From positions 1 to 63,150 of the forward strand of contig CACOLU010000005.1 in NCBI GenBank assembly GCA_902628045.1: 63,150 bases of DNA, written 5' to 3'. Shown here one piece after another: positions 1-8,290 of this stretch. The stretch's first letter is position 1. Every line of letters begins with the position of its first letter. The notes beneath the pieces are model-generated. The model saw only the letters and a program-made list of their open reading frames with translations. It had not been told where the DNA came from and did no database searches. The translations under genes and the position numbers were made by a program. Source of the stretch: an uncultured Candidatus Actinomarina sp. (GTDB taxonomy: Bacteria > Actinomycetota > Acidimicrobiia > Actinomarinales > Actinomarinaceae).

Positions 1-2
1 AT

Positions 3-308
3 GTTGATAAGCTTGCTGGTGATGTTGAGGTCATTATAAATACTACGCCATTAGGAATGCCACCATATGAAAACGAAAAACTTCCAATAAGTCATCTTAA
101 TTTTTCAAAATTAGAACTATTTTATAATTTTGGATATGGTGTATCAAAGAAACTTATAAGTGATCTTCCTAAAAATGTAACATCAATTGATGGGACAATA
201 ATGTTAATTGCTCAAGCAATATCTTCGTTTAACATATGGACAGGACAATGTATAAAATTTAACGAAGCTTACAAGGAAATTGTAGAAAGGATAGATTATG
301 AAAATTAA
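3..308 (+). CDS. aroE: Shikimate dehydrogenase, C-terminal part (5'-truncated by window edge)
   Basis: Frame is open from base 3: VDKLAGDVEVIINTTPLGM (NTTPLGM motif), then DGTIMLIAQAISSFNIWTG, typical of the AroE C-terminus. First gene of the aro cluster. Confidence 0.85.
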   Translation, partial: VDKLAGDVEVIINTTPLGMPPYENEKLPISHLNFSKLELFYNFGYGVSKKLISDLPKNVTSIDGTIMLIAQAISSFNIWTGQCIKFNEAYKEIVERIDYEN

Positions 309-1479
309 ATATCTTACAGCTGGTGAAAGTCATGGACCAGAATTAACTGCAATTATAGAAGGTATTCCATCAAATTTTGAAGTAAGTAAAAATTATATTG
401 ATGATTTTTTATCAAGAAGGCAAAAATCTTTAGGTTCTGGTGGAAGAATGAATATTGAAAAAGATGAGATTTTTATTACTTCAGGTGTAATTAATAATTT
501 ATCAACGGGCGGTCCCATAGCAATAAAGATTATTAATAAAGATTGGAAAAATTGGAAGGATAAAGAAATAGAACCTTTCGTAGTTCCTCGTCCAGGACAC
601 GCTGACTTGGTTGGGACATTTAAGTATAACCACAATGACATAAGGCTGTCACTTGAAAGAGCAAGTGCACGTGAAACTGCAATTAGATGCGCGATTGGAG
701 CAATTTGTCATCAAATCCTTGGCCAACTTGGAGTTGAAGTAGTAGGTTATGTTTCATCTATTGGTGAGCAAAAGTTAGAAAATATCAATTTAGAAGATTT
801 AGGTCTAATTAAAAAACATGTCAATGAATCTGAAGTGTCATGTCCAGATAAAAAAGTAAGTGAATTAATGATAAATGAAATATTAAAGGCAAGAAAGAAA
901 AAAGACACTTTAGGTGGTTCTGTAACTTTAGTTGCAAAAAATTTTCCTGCAGGGTGTGGTAGCTATGTTCATTTTGATAGAAAGTTAGATGCAAAACTTG
1001 CTTCATCCATGATGTCTATACAAAGCGTTAAAGCAGTTGAGGTTGGCAATGGAGTAGAAGCATCTAAAGATTTTGGAACTGCTGTACAAGATCAAATAGT
1101 TTTAAACGAACAAAATATTGAAAGAATCACAAATAATTTAGGTGGATTTGAAGGAGGTATGTCAACAGGAGAACCAATTATTATAACTTCTTATTTAAAA
1201 CCTATAAGTACAACTTTGACTCCTATAAAAAGTGTTGATTTGGCATCTCAGAAAGAGACAGAAACTACCTATGAAAGGTCTGATACCTGTGCTGTGCCAA
1301 GAGCTGTCCCTATTTTTGAAAGTGTAATATCTATAGATCTTTTGAATTCTTTAATTGAAAATACAGGTGGAGATAATAAAGAATTAATTTTAAATAGAGT
1401 TAATAAAATAAAAGACATAACTCTTAATAGCTTTAATTTGGAAAATAAAACATGGTCCATGAAATATGAAAATGAATAA
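298..1479 (+). CDS. aroC: Chorismate synthase
   Basis: TAGESHG N-terminus, PRPGHADL, ERASARETA, SIQSVKAVEVG, GGFEGGMSTG, RSDTCAVP motifs. Confidence 0.98.
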   Translation: MKIKYLTAGESHGPELTAIIEGIPSNFEVSKNYIDDFLSRRQKSLGSGGRMNIEKDEIFITSGVINNLSTGGPIAIKIINKDWKNWKDKEIEPFVVPRPGHADLVGTFKYNHNDIRLSLERASARETAIRCAIGAICHQILGQLGVEVVGYVSSIGEQKLENINLEDLGLIKKHVNESEVSCPDKKVSELMINEILKARKKKDTLGGSVTLVAKNFPAGCGSYVHFDRKLDAKLASSMMSIQSVKAVEVGNGVEASKDFGTAVQDQIVLNEQNIERITNNLGGFEGGMSTGEPIIITSYLKPISTTLTPIKSVDLASQKETETTYERSDTCAVPRAVPIFESVISIDLLNSLIENTGGDNKELILNRVNKIKDITLNSFNLENKTWSMKYENE

Positions 1480-1966
1480 TTCATTTTATTTATGTGGGTT
1501 TATGGGTGTTGGAAAAACTACGATTTTGAATAATATTAAACGACAAACTAAATATACGTGTTTTGATTTGGATGAAAGTATAGAAAATAAGTATGGTCAA
1601 ATAAATAGTATTTTTAAAGAACAGGGAGAGACTTTTTTTAGAGAAATTGAAGAAAAAGAATTTTTTGTAAGTCAAAACAAATTTAATTTAATTTCTATAG
1701 GTGGCGGTGCAATAGAAAATGATAATATTTTTGAGACTTTACTCGAAAGTAATCAAACTATTTATTTAAGTCTTGACTTTGAAAGCCTTTGGGAAAGAAT
1801 TAAAAATTCTAACAGGCCACTAATTAATACTGGAAGAGAAATTCTTGAAAGTAGATATAAAAACAGATTAAAAAGGTACGAGATGATGGAATATAAGATT
1901 TCTAATGAGAATGTAAAAGATACTACAAGCAAAGTATTAGAAGTAATGGAAAAGCAAAATGTCTAG
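1466..1966 (+). CDS. aroK: Shikimate kinase (start may be ATG 1472)
   Basis: GFMGVGKTT P-loop, DLD, GETFFREIE, GGG, RPL motifs; located in the aro operon. Confidence 0.95.
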   Translation: MKMNNSFYLCGFMGVGKTTILNNIKRQTKYTCFDLDESIENKYGQINSIFKEQGETFFREIEEKEFFVSQNKFNLISIGGGAIENDNIFETLLESNQTIYLSLDFESLWERIKNSNRPLINTGREILESRYKNRLKRYEMMEYKISNENVKDTTSKVLEVMEKQNV

Positions 1967-2951
1967 AAATATTTATCTAAACAATACTGAAGAATTAATT
2001 AAATATATTAACGAAGATTTACAAAATGAGAGCTTAATTATTCTCGATTCTGCGCTTGAACAATTTAAATTACATAGCAACTTAAATGCAAGTCATGTTT
2101 ACTTGAAGGTTTCTGAAGAAACAAAAAATTTAGAAACAGTTGAAAAAATTTGGGAAATAATGTTTTCATCAAATTTAAACAGATCACACGAAATAGTAAT
2201 TATTGGAGGCGGAGTTATGCTTGATCTCTGCTCTTTTGCTGCAAGCACATTTAAAAGAGGTATTTCCTATACATTAGTTCCATCTACTTTATTAGCTATG
2301 GTTGATGCATCTCATGGAGGTAAAAATGGTTTTAATAATGATTATGGAAAAAACCAGATTGGCACTTTTAATTTACCGAAGGGTGTAATTGTGTGTTTTG
2401 AACTACTAAATACATTGAAAGAAAAAGATTATAAAGATGGCTTAATCGAGCTTGTTAAACATGGACTAATTGGTAGTAAGGAAATATTTGATAAATTGAT
2501 TTCTGCAGAAGATTTCAAAATAGAAACTGAGGTAATCAAAAAAGGAATACAAATCAAAGAAGATATTGTAAAAGAAGATTATTTAGAAACTGGAAAAAGA
2601 AAATATTTAAATTTTGGACATACAATAGGCCACTTAATTGAGCAAGATTCAAAGTTTACTGTATCACACGGTGAAGCTGTAGCTATAGGAATGATTTACG
2701 AACTTGGACTATCAAAGAAACATTTTGGTTTACCGCAAGAAGTAATTGATTTATATGTATCATACCTGGAGAAACTTGATTATAAAAAATCATATGAATT
2801 TGAAAATAGTATCGATTACTTATTAGGAATTTTAAAAGATGATAAAAAAAGTAAATCTGATTCAGTAGATATTGTTTTACTGTCAGATGTATCGCAGCCA
2901 AATCTTATTTGTATAAGTTTTGATGAATTGATTGAGGTGATTAAAAATTAA
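1959..2951 (+). CDS. aroB: 3-dehydroquinate synthase
   Basis: IGGGVMLD, PSTLLAMVDASHGGKNG, LNFGHTIGHLIE, HGEAVAIGM motifs. Confidence 0.97.
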   Translation: MSRNIYLNNTEELIKYINEDLQNESLIILDSALEQFKLHSNLNASHVYLKVSEETKNLETVEKIWEIMFSSNLNRSHEIVIIGGGVMLDLCSFAASTFKRGISYTLVPSTLLAMVDASHGGKNGFNNDYGKNQIGTFNLPKGVIVCFELLNTLKEKDYKDGLIELVKHGLIGSKEIFDKLISAEDFKIETEVIKKGIQIKEDIVKEDYLETGKRKYLNFGHTIGHLIEQDSKFTVSHGEAVAIGMIYELGLSKKHFGLPQEVIDLYVSYLEKLDYKKSYEFENSIDYLLGILKDDKKSKSDSVDIVLLSDVSQPNLICISFDELIEVIKN

Positions 2952-3384
2952 AAGTATATATTTTATCAACGGTCCCAATCTTAATTTTTTAGGCGTGAGA
3001 GAAATTACACAATACGGTTCAACAAGCTATGATGAGTTAAAAAATTTAGTTAATTCTGAAGCTAAAAAGTTAAAAATTAAAACTGTTTTTTTTCAATCAA
3101 ATATTGAAGGTGAAATTGTAAATTATATTCAAAACCTAATTAATGATAAAAATTCATGGATTGTAATTAACCCTGGAGCATATACACATACAAGTATTGC
3201 AATAAGGGACGCTCTGCAGATTTATGCACAAAACAATAAAATAGTTGAAGTTCATATTTCAGATATAAATCAAAGAGAACAATTTAGAAAAACAAATTTA
3301 ATTTCTGATATTTGTAATAAATCAATTGTTGGCAGAGGTGTGCAAGGATATATTGAAGCACTGGAGTATATTAATGAACAGTAA
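2947..3384 (+). CDS. aroQ: Type II 3-dehydroquinate dehydratase, apparently starting at a non-canonical ATT codon
   Basis: The conserved INGPNLNFLGVRE motif lies upstream of the called GTG (2995). An in-frame TGA sits at 2938-2940 with no ATG/GTG/TTG between it and the motif. SD GAGGTG at 2934-2939 is 7 nt before ATT 2947. Also FQSNIEG, INPGAYTHTSIAIRDA, EVHISD. Confidence 0.93.
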   Translation: MKSIYFINGPNLNFLGVREITQYGSTSYDELKNLVNSEAKKLKIKTVFFQSNIEGEIVNYIQNLINDKNSWIVINPGAYTHTSIAIRDALQIYAQNNKIVEVHISDINQREQFRKTNLISDICNKSIVGRGVQGYIEALEYINEQ

Positions 3385-4195
3385 GCAAACAATTGCCTAT
3401 CAAGGTTCATCTGGCTCATATTCAGAAGAACTTTTAAAAAAGGAATATCCAAATTATCTGTACCATCCAACTGAGACGTTTACTGAATTAATATCCTATG
3501 TAAAATCTGATTCTGGAATTGGATTATTGCCTGTTGAAAATTCAATCGCAGGTACTGTGAATGAAGCATACGAAGAGCTAATAGATAGTGGTCTTAAAAT
3601 ACTTGCTGAATATGTGCTTAGAATTAACCACAGTTTAATAGGATTAGTTGGTTCAGATTTAGTAAATATTACAAATGTTATTTCACACCCACAGGCATTA
3701 CAGCAGTGCAGCAAGTTTATACAAAAGCATAACTTAAGAATCACTCCAGTCTTTGATACTGCCGGAAGTGTATTTGAAATTTTAGAAAATAATGAACTAA
3801 CTACGGCTGCGATTGCAGGAGATCATTTTGAAAGTGATGAAAGGTTCTTGATTTTAGAAAAAAATATATCAAATCATGAAGAAAATTATACAAGATTTCT
3901 TCTTATTGGAAATTTAGATTTAGATCAGAATCAAGTTAAAAATAAGTTTTCATCAGTGCTTATATCTGATGATAAGCCAGGCTCTCTATTACAGTCTTTG
4001 AATATTTTTAGTGACCTTGATATAAACCTTACAAAACTTGAATCACGACCAATACTGGGAAGACCCTGGGAGTATAAATTTTATATTGATTATGAATTAG
4101 AAAATTTGGAAAAACAATCTGAGCTTGAGGAAAAAATAAGTAAAGTTTGTAAAGAATTTAAGCTCTTGGGACATTATCCAAAAGCTATTCAGTAA
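3374..4195 (+). CDS. pheA: Prephenate dehydratase with ACT domain
   Basis: AYQGSSGSYSE, LPVENSIAGTV, SHPQALQQC, NYTRF, DKPGSL, NLTKLESRP, WEYKFYID. Start taken at ATG 3374 (MNSKQ). Confidence 0.95.
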   Translation: MNSKQTIAYQGSSGSYSEELLKKEYPNYLYHPTETFTELISYVKSDSGIGLLPVENSIAGTVNEAYEELIDSGLKILAEYVLRINHSLIGLVGSDLVNITNVISHPQALQQCSKFIQKHNLRITPVFDTAGSVFEILENNELTTAAIAGDHFESDERFLILEKNISNHEENYTRFLLIGNLDLDQNQVKNKFSSVLISDDKPGSLLQSLNIFSDLDINLTKLESRPILGRPWEYKFYIDYELENLEKQSELEEKISKVCKEFKLLGHYPKAIQ

Positions 4196-5264
4196 TTCTC
4201 CACTGAATACCTTGTTCAGAATCTTCTATTTGCAAACCAGAAGATTCTAATATATCTCGAACTTCATCAGAAAGCTTGTAATTTTTTTCGTTTCTTAACT
4301 TTGACCTTAGTAATATTAGTTTTTCAACTAAAATTTCAAAACGTTCGGTATTCTTCTTATTGGATTCTATCTGAATTTCTAAATTAGCAATTTCTTTTAA
4401 AGTAGATTTATCTATCGAATTTGCCTCAGTTTCAACATTATCTATTTTCTTGACAGAGCCATTTTTTTCTGAAACCAATAGCTTTTGTAGAATATCTAAA
4501 CTTTCTTCAGAATCTTTTTCGAAGACATGAGTCCCTTCTTTGTTTAAAATAGTTACATTTCCTAATCCAACAACTTTAAATGTTTCATTTTTTCCAGAAA
4601 TTATTAAGGCAGTATGTTCATCGATGCCAAGAATGTTTGAATAAGACTTATCTAAAAGTGTCTTCATTCTATTTTCGCCAACATAACTAAAGCTTGTATC
4701 ATGATTTCCACCCTCTGCATTATTAAAGTGAGGAACTACTGTACAAGATAGACCGTAAACATCTAATAAATTTAATCCTTTTTCCCAATAAGGGTCTTTA
4801 CCTACTTTATAAATTTCGTAAACCGGCAGTGTATGTTCTCCAAGAGTAGAGGCTGCTGCACTTGCAAATAAGCTTTTACCACCCTTTATCAGATGATTTT
4901 TTAAAGTTTGTTCAAACTCATTACCATGCCATAATTTGCTTGCATAACTTGGACTTCCTGGTCCAGCAAAAATAAATGATGCACTTTCTAATAATTGAAT
5001 TGATTTAAAGAAAGATTTTGTATTTAGCTCTTCAATTTTCCTGTAACTAGCTAGTTTCATTTCAACATTTAAACTTACTTTGTAAAAGTCTATAATTTTT
5101 TCAACGAGCTGATTAGCATTTTCTTGAAACCCAAATGGTGAGTCAATCATAAAAATACTTGAAGAATCATCTAATCCTTCAAGCAGTTCTCTATGGACAC
5201 TAACTAAATTAGGACTCGTTTCACCTGATCCTAAAATAGCTAATGATCCTAAAGCGTTTTTCAT
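4185..5264 (-). CDS. Peptidase S51 / cyanophycinase-like hydrolase fused to a C-terminal CysRS anticodon-binding-like helical domain
   Basis: LAILGSGE, IFAGPGSP, FASAAA (nucleophile Ser), VVPHFNN, GIDEHTALI; coiled linker; tail RSKLRNEKNYKLSDEVRDILESSGLQIEDSEQGIQW resembles the CysRS C-terminus. ATG 5264 is preceded by TATAAT-6 nt. Confidence 0.75.
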   Translation of the reverse strand: MKNALGSLAILGSGETSPNLVSVHRELLEGLDDSSSIFMIDSPFGFQENANQLVEKIIDFYKVSLNVEMKLASYRKIEELNTKSFFKSIQLLESASFIFAGPGSPSYASKLWHGNEFEQTLKNHLIKGGKSLFASAAASTLGEHTLPVYEIYKVGKDPYWEKGLNLLDVYGLSCTVVPHFNNAEGGNHDTSFSYVGENRMKTLLDKSYSNILGIDEHTALIISGKNETFKVVGLGNVTILNKEGTHVFEKDSEESLDILQKLLVSEKNGSVKKIDNVETEANSIDKSTLKEIANLEIQIESNKKNTERFEILVEKLILLRSKLRNEKNYKLSDEVRDILESSGLQIEDSEQGIQWRITE

Positions 5265-5315
5265 GAATCTATTATATATTTTTTTTGTACACAACTAAAG
5301 GTGTATAATTTAAAC

Positions 5316-6314
5316 ATGGCAAGTTTATTAGCTTTAATTCTTGAAAAATTTACAATCGAAATAATTCCTAGACTTCCATTGTTTCTTAGGACACCATTGT
5401 ATGTAAATATATTAAAACTTAGAAAAGTTCGTGATCGAATTAGGCTCGACGTAACAAGAAAAAATCCTACATTTCAAGACCGTTTAGATTATGCAATTGA
5501 TTCAAGAGCAAATCTGAATAATTCAGGTGAAAGAATATTACCTTTTAATGATGAAGTTAAAATTGAAGAAATTGAGGATTCTCCTGTAAAAATTTATAAA
5601 TTTACTCCAAAAAATGCAGAGACCGGAAAGTATGGTGTTTATTTTCATGGAGGAGGATATTTTGCGGGGAGCATTAAATCACATAAAAATTTTGTTTCAA
5701 TAATTTCTCAAAAATCAAATTTAGTAATTTATTTTTTTGAATATAGGCTTAGTCCAGAGCATAACTTTCCTGCTGCACATGAAGATGCAAAGATAGCTGT
5801 AGAATTTATTGATGCTCTTCATAAAGATGAGCACTCAATTTGGATGGGTGAATCAGCTGGAGGAGGTTTAGCAACAGGGCTTGTGGTAGATGATGGGTTT
5901 ATTTATAATCCTGACAGTCTCATTTTGCTTTCGCCCTGGCTTGATTTATCAGATGGATTTCAAGATAAAAGATTTTTTAAAAACAGAGATGTAACAATAA
6001 TTATTGAAGGAATGTATGAGGTTGGAGAGTTTTACGCAGGAGAGTACAGCACCACAAATCCAGTGTTATCTCCAGTTTATGCTGATATAAATAGTTTTCC
6101 AGACACTTTAATACAAGTATGCTCAGATGAATTACTTTACAATGATGCAATTGAATTTGTTAAAAAATTAAGAGACAAAAATACAAATGTCCAACTTCAA
6201 ACTTGGGATAAACTCTGGCATGCATGGCACTTTTTTCCAATTAAGGAAGCTTTTGAAGCCATAGATAATATAGCTGAATATATTAAGTCTACAGAACTTC
6301 ACTCTTCTAAATGA
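5316..6314 (+). CDS. Alpha/beta hydrolase, HSL-family esterase/lipase
   Basis: YFHGGGY oxyanion motif, EYRLSPEHNFPAAHED, GESAGG nucleophile elbow, LSPWLDL, late WHAWH. Start ATG 5316 follows TATAAT. Confidence 0.92.
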   Translation: MASLLALILEKFTIEIIPRLPLFLRTPLYVNILKLRKVRDRIRLDVTRKNPTFQDRLDYAIDSRANLNNSGERILPFNDEVKIEEIEDSPVKIYKFTPKNAETGKYGVYFHGGGYFAGSIKSHKNFVSIISQKSNLVIYFFEYRLSPEHNFPAAHEDAKIAVEFIDALHKDEHSIWMGESAGGGLATGLVVDDGFIYNPDSLILLSPWLDLSDGFQDKRFFKNRDVTIIIEGMYEVGEFYAGEYSTTNPVLSPVYADINSFPDTLIQVCSDELLYNDAIEFVKKLRDKNTNVQLQTWDKLWHAWHFFPIKEAFEAIDNIAEYIKSTELHSSK

Positions 6315-7045
6315 TGAAGTGCAAATCCAAAAGGTAATTCGAGTCTATTATCAGACATAACCTTTTCATTTTTTAGAATTCTATAAGTTTCATCATCTGC
6401 AGTAATTTTTCCATCGTTTAAAATTATACTTCTATTGCATATTTCTAATGCCATTGGTAAATCATGAGTCACAAGGATAACTGAAACTTCTAAATTTTTA
6501 AGTATATCTATAAGCTCTCTTCTTGATGCAGGATCTAAGTTTGAACTCGGTTCATCCAAAACTAGTAATTCAGGCTCTGAAGCAAGAACGCTAGCTATTG
6601 CTACCTTTCTTTTTTGACCAAAGCTTAGATGATGAGGTGGTTTGTCTTTAAATTGTAACATTTTGACTTGTTCAAGTGCTTTAATTGAATTTTTCTTGAC
6701 TAATTCGTCACTAAATCCAAAATTTTTTGGTCCAAACATTACATCTTCCAGCACAGTTGGCATAAAAAGTTGATCATCAGGATCCTGAAAAACCAAACCT
6801 ACAGACTTTCTAATTTGAGAGATATTTTCATCTGAAAAAGGCTTTTCATTTAATGTAATTTGTCCGTTTAAGTCACCTAGAATGCCATTTAAATGAAGAA
6901 TGAGAGTAGTTTTACCTGCTCCATTTGGCCCCAGCACAGCAAGTCTTTCCCCTTTTGATAAGCTTAGATTTATATTTTCGAGAGCTTTAAATCCATCTGG
7001 GTATTCAAAACTCAAATTATTTACATTTAGGTATTGCTTATTCAT
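6299..7045 (-). CDS. cbiO: ECF-type Co/Ni transporter ATPase (CbiO/NikO)
   Basis: GPNGAGKTT, VFQDPDDQLFMPTVLEDVMFGP, HLSFGQKRKVAIA, LDEPSSNLDP, VTHD. ATGA overlap with cbiQ. Confidence 0.92.
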   Translation of the reverse strand: MNKQYLNVNNLSFEYPDGFKALENINLSLSKGERLAVLGPNGAGKTTLILHLNGILGDLNGQITLNEKPFSDENISQIRKSVGLVFQDPDDQLFMPTVLEDVMFGPKNFGFSDELVKKNSIKALEQVKMLQFKDKPPHHLSFGQKRKVAIASVLASEPELLVLDEPSSNLDPASRRELIDILKNLEVSVILVTHDLPMALEICNRSIILNDGKITADDETYRILKNEKVMSDNRLELPFGFALHHLEE

Positions 7046-7806
7046 AGAGCGAGCCTATCAACAATACAAATTACAACTGAGAATATAGAAATTAGCAGAA
7101 TTAAATTAGATGAATTAAATTGTCGTGCCTCTAATTCTAATGTTCCTTTGAAACCCCGAGAAATCATTGAATTGTAAACTCTTTCTCCTCTTTCATACCC
7201 TCTTATTAAGAGAGCACCCGATGCAAATGCAAGTGGCTTTAATGTTCTTAACCCTTTTTCGGAATAACCTCTCGAGCGCATAGATATTTTTACTCTTTTT
7301 ACTTCGTCAATAAATACATCAATATATCTGATTGCAAAAGAAAATATAGAAATTAACAAAGGCGAAACTTTAAGTATTTGTAATCCATAAATTATTTCAA
7401 TATTAGACGTAGTGGCTGTAAGAACAATTGCTAAAGTGACACAGAGAGTTATTTTAATCAGAATTGATATCATTTCGTCGACTCCAGTTTTGTAAATACT
7501 CAAACTAAATAAAGTGGTTAAAATTTCTCCGTTCCCTTTACTTATAAACGGCAAAAATAAAGCGAATAATATGAACGGTATATCTATTGAAAGTCTTTTT
7601 AAATACGTTTTGGGTTGTAATTTTGAAATAATCAACAATCCTGCAACTATTAATGCCTGTAATAAAATCAAAACATTATTTTCTAAACTCAAAAAAGCAA
7701 TAGAAAGAATAATTGCAAAAAAAGAAATTAATTTTATTTCAGGTTTGATTTTTACTAAATACGAGTCACTATGAGTTTCTAAATGATGAGAATGGGATGT
7801 TTCCAT
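7042..7806 (-). CDS. cbiQ: ECF-type Co/Ni transporter transmembrane T component (CbiQ/NikQ) with His-rich N-terminus
   Basis: Hydrophobic helices; AIRYIDVFIDE, SMRSRG, LLIRGYERGERVYNSMISRGF (xRx motifs); N-terminus METSHSHHLETHS. Confidence 0.9.
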   Translation of the reverse strand: METSHSHHLETHSDSYLVKIKPEIKLISFFAIILSIAFLSLENNVLILLQALIVAGLLIISKLQPKTYLKRLSIDIPFILFALFLPFISKGNGEILTTLFSLSIYKTGVDEMISILIKITLCVTLAIVLTATTSNIEIIYGLQILKVSPLLISIFSFAIRYIDVFIDEVKRVKISMRSRGYSEKGLRTLKPLAFASGALLIRGYERGERVYNSMISRGFKGTLELEARQFNSSNLILLISIFSVVICIVDRLAL

Positions 7807-7820
7807 ATTTGTATATCTTA

Positions 7821-7837
7821 ATGCAAATAATTTGCAA
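7821..7837. promoter_or_regulatory. Nur/Fur-family operator upstream of cbiQO (ATGCAA-N5-TTGCAA)
   Basis: Perfect 7-1-7 palindrome TGCAAAT-A-ATTTGCA (7822-7836), about 15 nt upstream of the cbiQ ATG and just downstream of the Fur-family gene. Matches the Streptomyces Nur consensus tTGCaa-N5-ttGCAA as I recall it. Confidence 0.75.
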
Positions 7838-7845
7838 TAAAAGAT

Positions 7846-8256
7846 TTATTTGCAATTTTTACAAAATCCAGAATATATGAAGTGATTTGTTATCTCTCTA
7901 AAATTTGTTTTGCTTGTTATAAGATCGTTTACTTTTTTGGATGTTTTTATATCAAGATCTGAAATATCTCCACAAGATTCACATACAATATGAATATTTG
8001 AGTGAACATCTTTCACAAAATACAAACCTGAACCGTGTACTTGGTGAGAATGTTCAATTAAGTTTATGTTTTCTAAAAGTTCTAATGTTCTGTATACAGT
8101 AGCTAAGTCTATATTTTTATCTTTTTTTAACGAAAGTTTGTGTAGTTCTTCAACAGTAAAATGTTTGTGTCCAGATGTTTCAAGAATTTTGCAAACAACT
8201 TCTCTTGCATTAGTTATTCTCTTGCCTCTTTTTCGTAATTCATTAACGAAATCCAT
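7846..8256 (-). CDS. nur: Fur-family metalloregulator, Nur (nickel uptake regulator)-like
   Basis: KRITNARE, HKHFTVEE, DLATVYRTLELL, HSHQVHG (cf. Nur HAHLGHG), IHIVCESC, NHF..GFCKNC. Start taken at ATG 8256 with TATAAT at 8272-8267. Confidence 0.85.
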   Translation of the reverse strand: MDFVNELRKRGKRITNAREVVCKILETSGHKHFTVEELHKLSLKKDKNIDLATVYRTLELLENINLIEHSHQVHGSGLYFVKDVHSNIHIVCESCGDISDLDIKTSKKVNDLITSKTNFREITNHFIYSGFCKNCK

Positions 8257-8290
8257 ATTCAAGTATATTATATGTCTGACGGGCAAAATT

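Noticed and set aside
2938-2997. aroQ as a 5'-truncated pseudogene
   Set aside because: All catalytic motifs are intact in one frame, the operon is complete, and an SD is well spaced to ATT.
8066-8290. N-terminal half of the supplied ORF 8066..8539
   Set aside because: It lies antisense over nur. The real gene starts at ATG 8291 and reads through the TGA.
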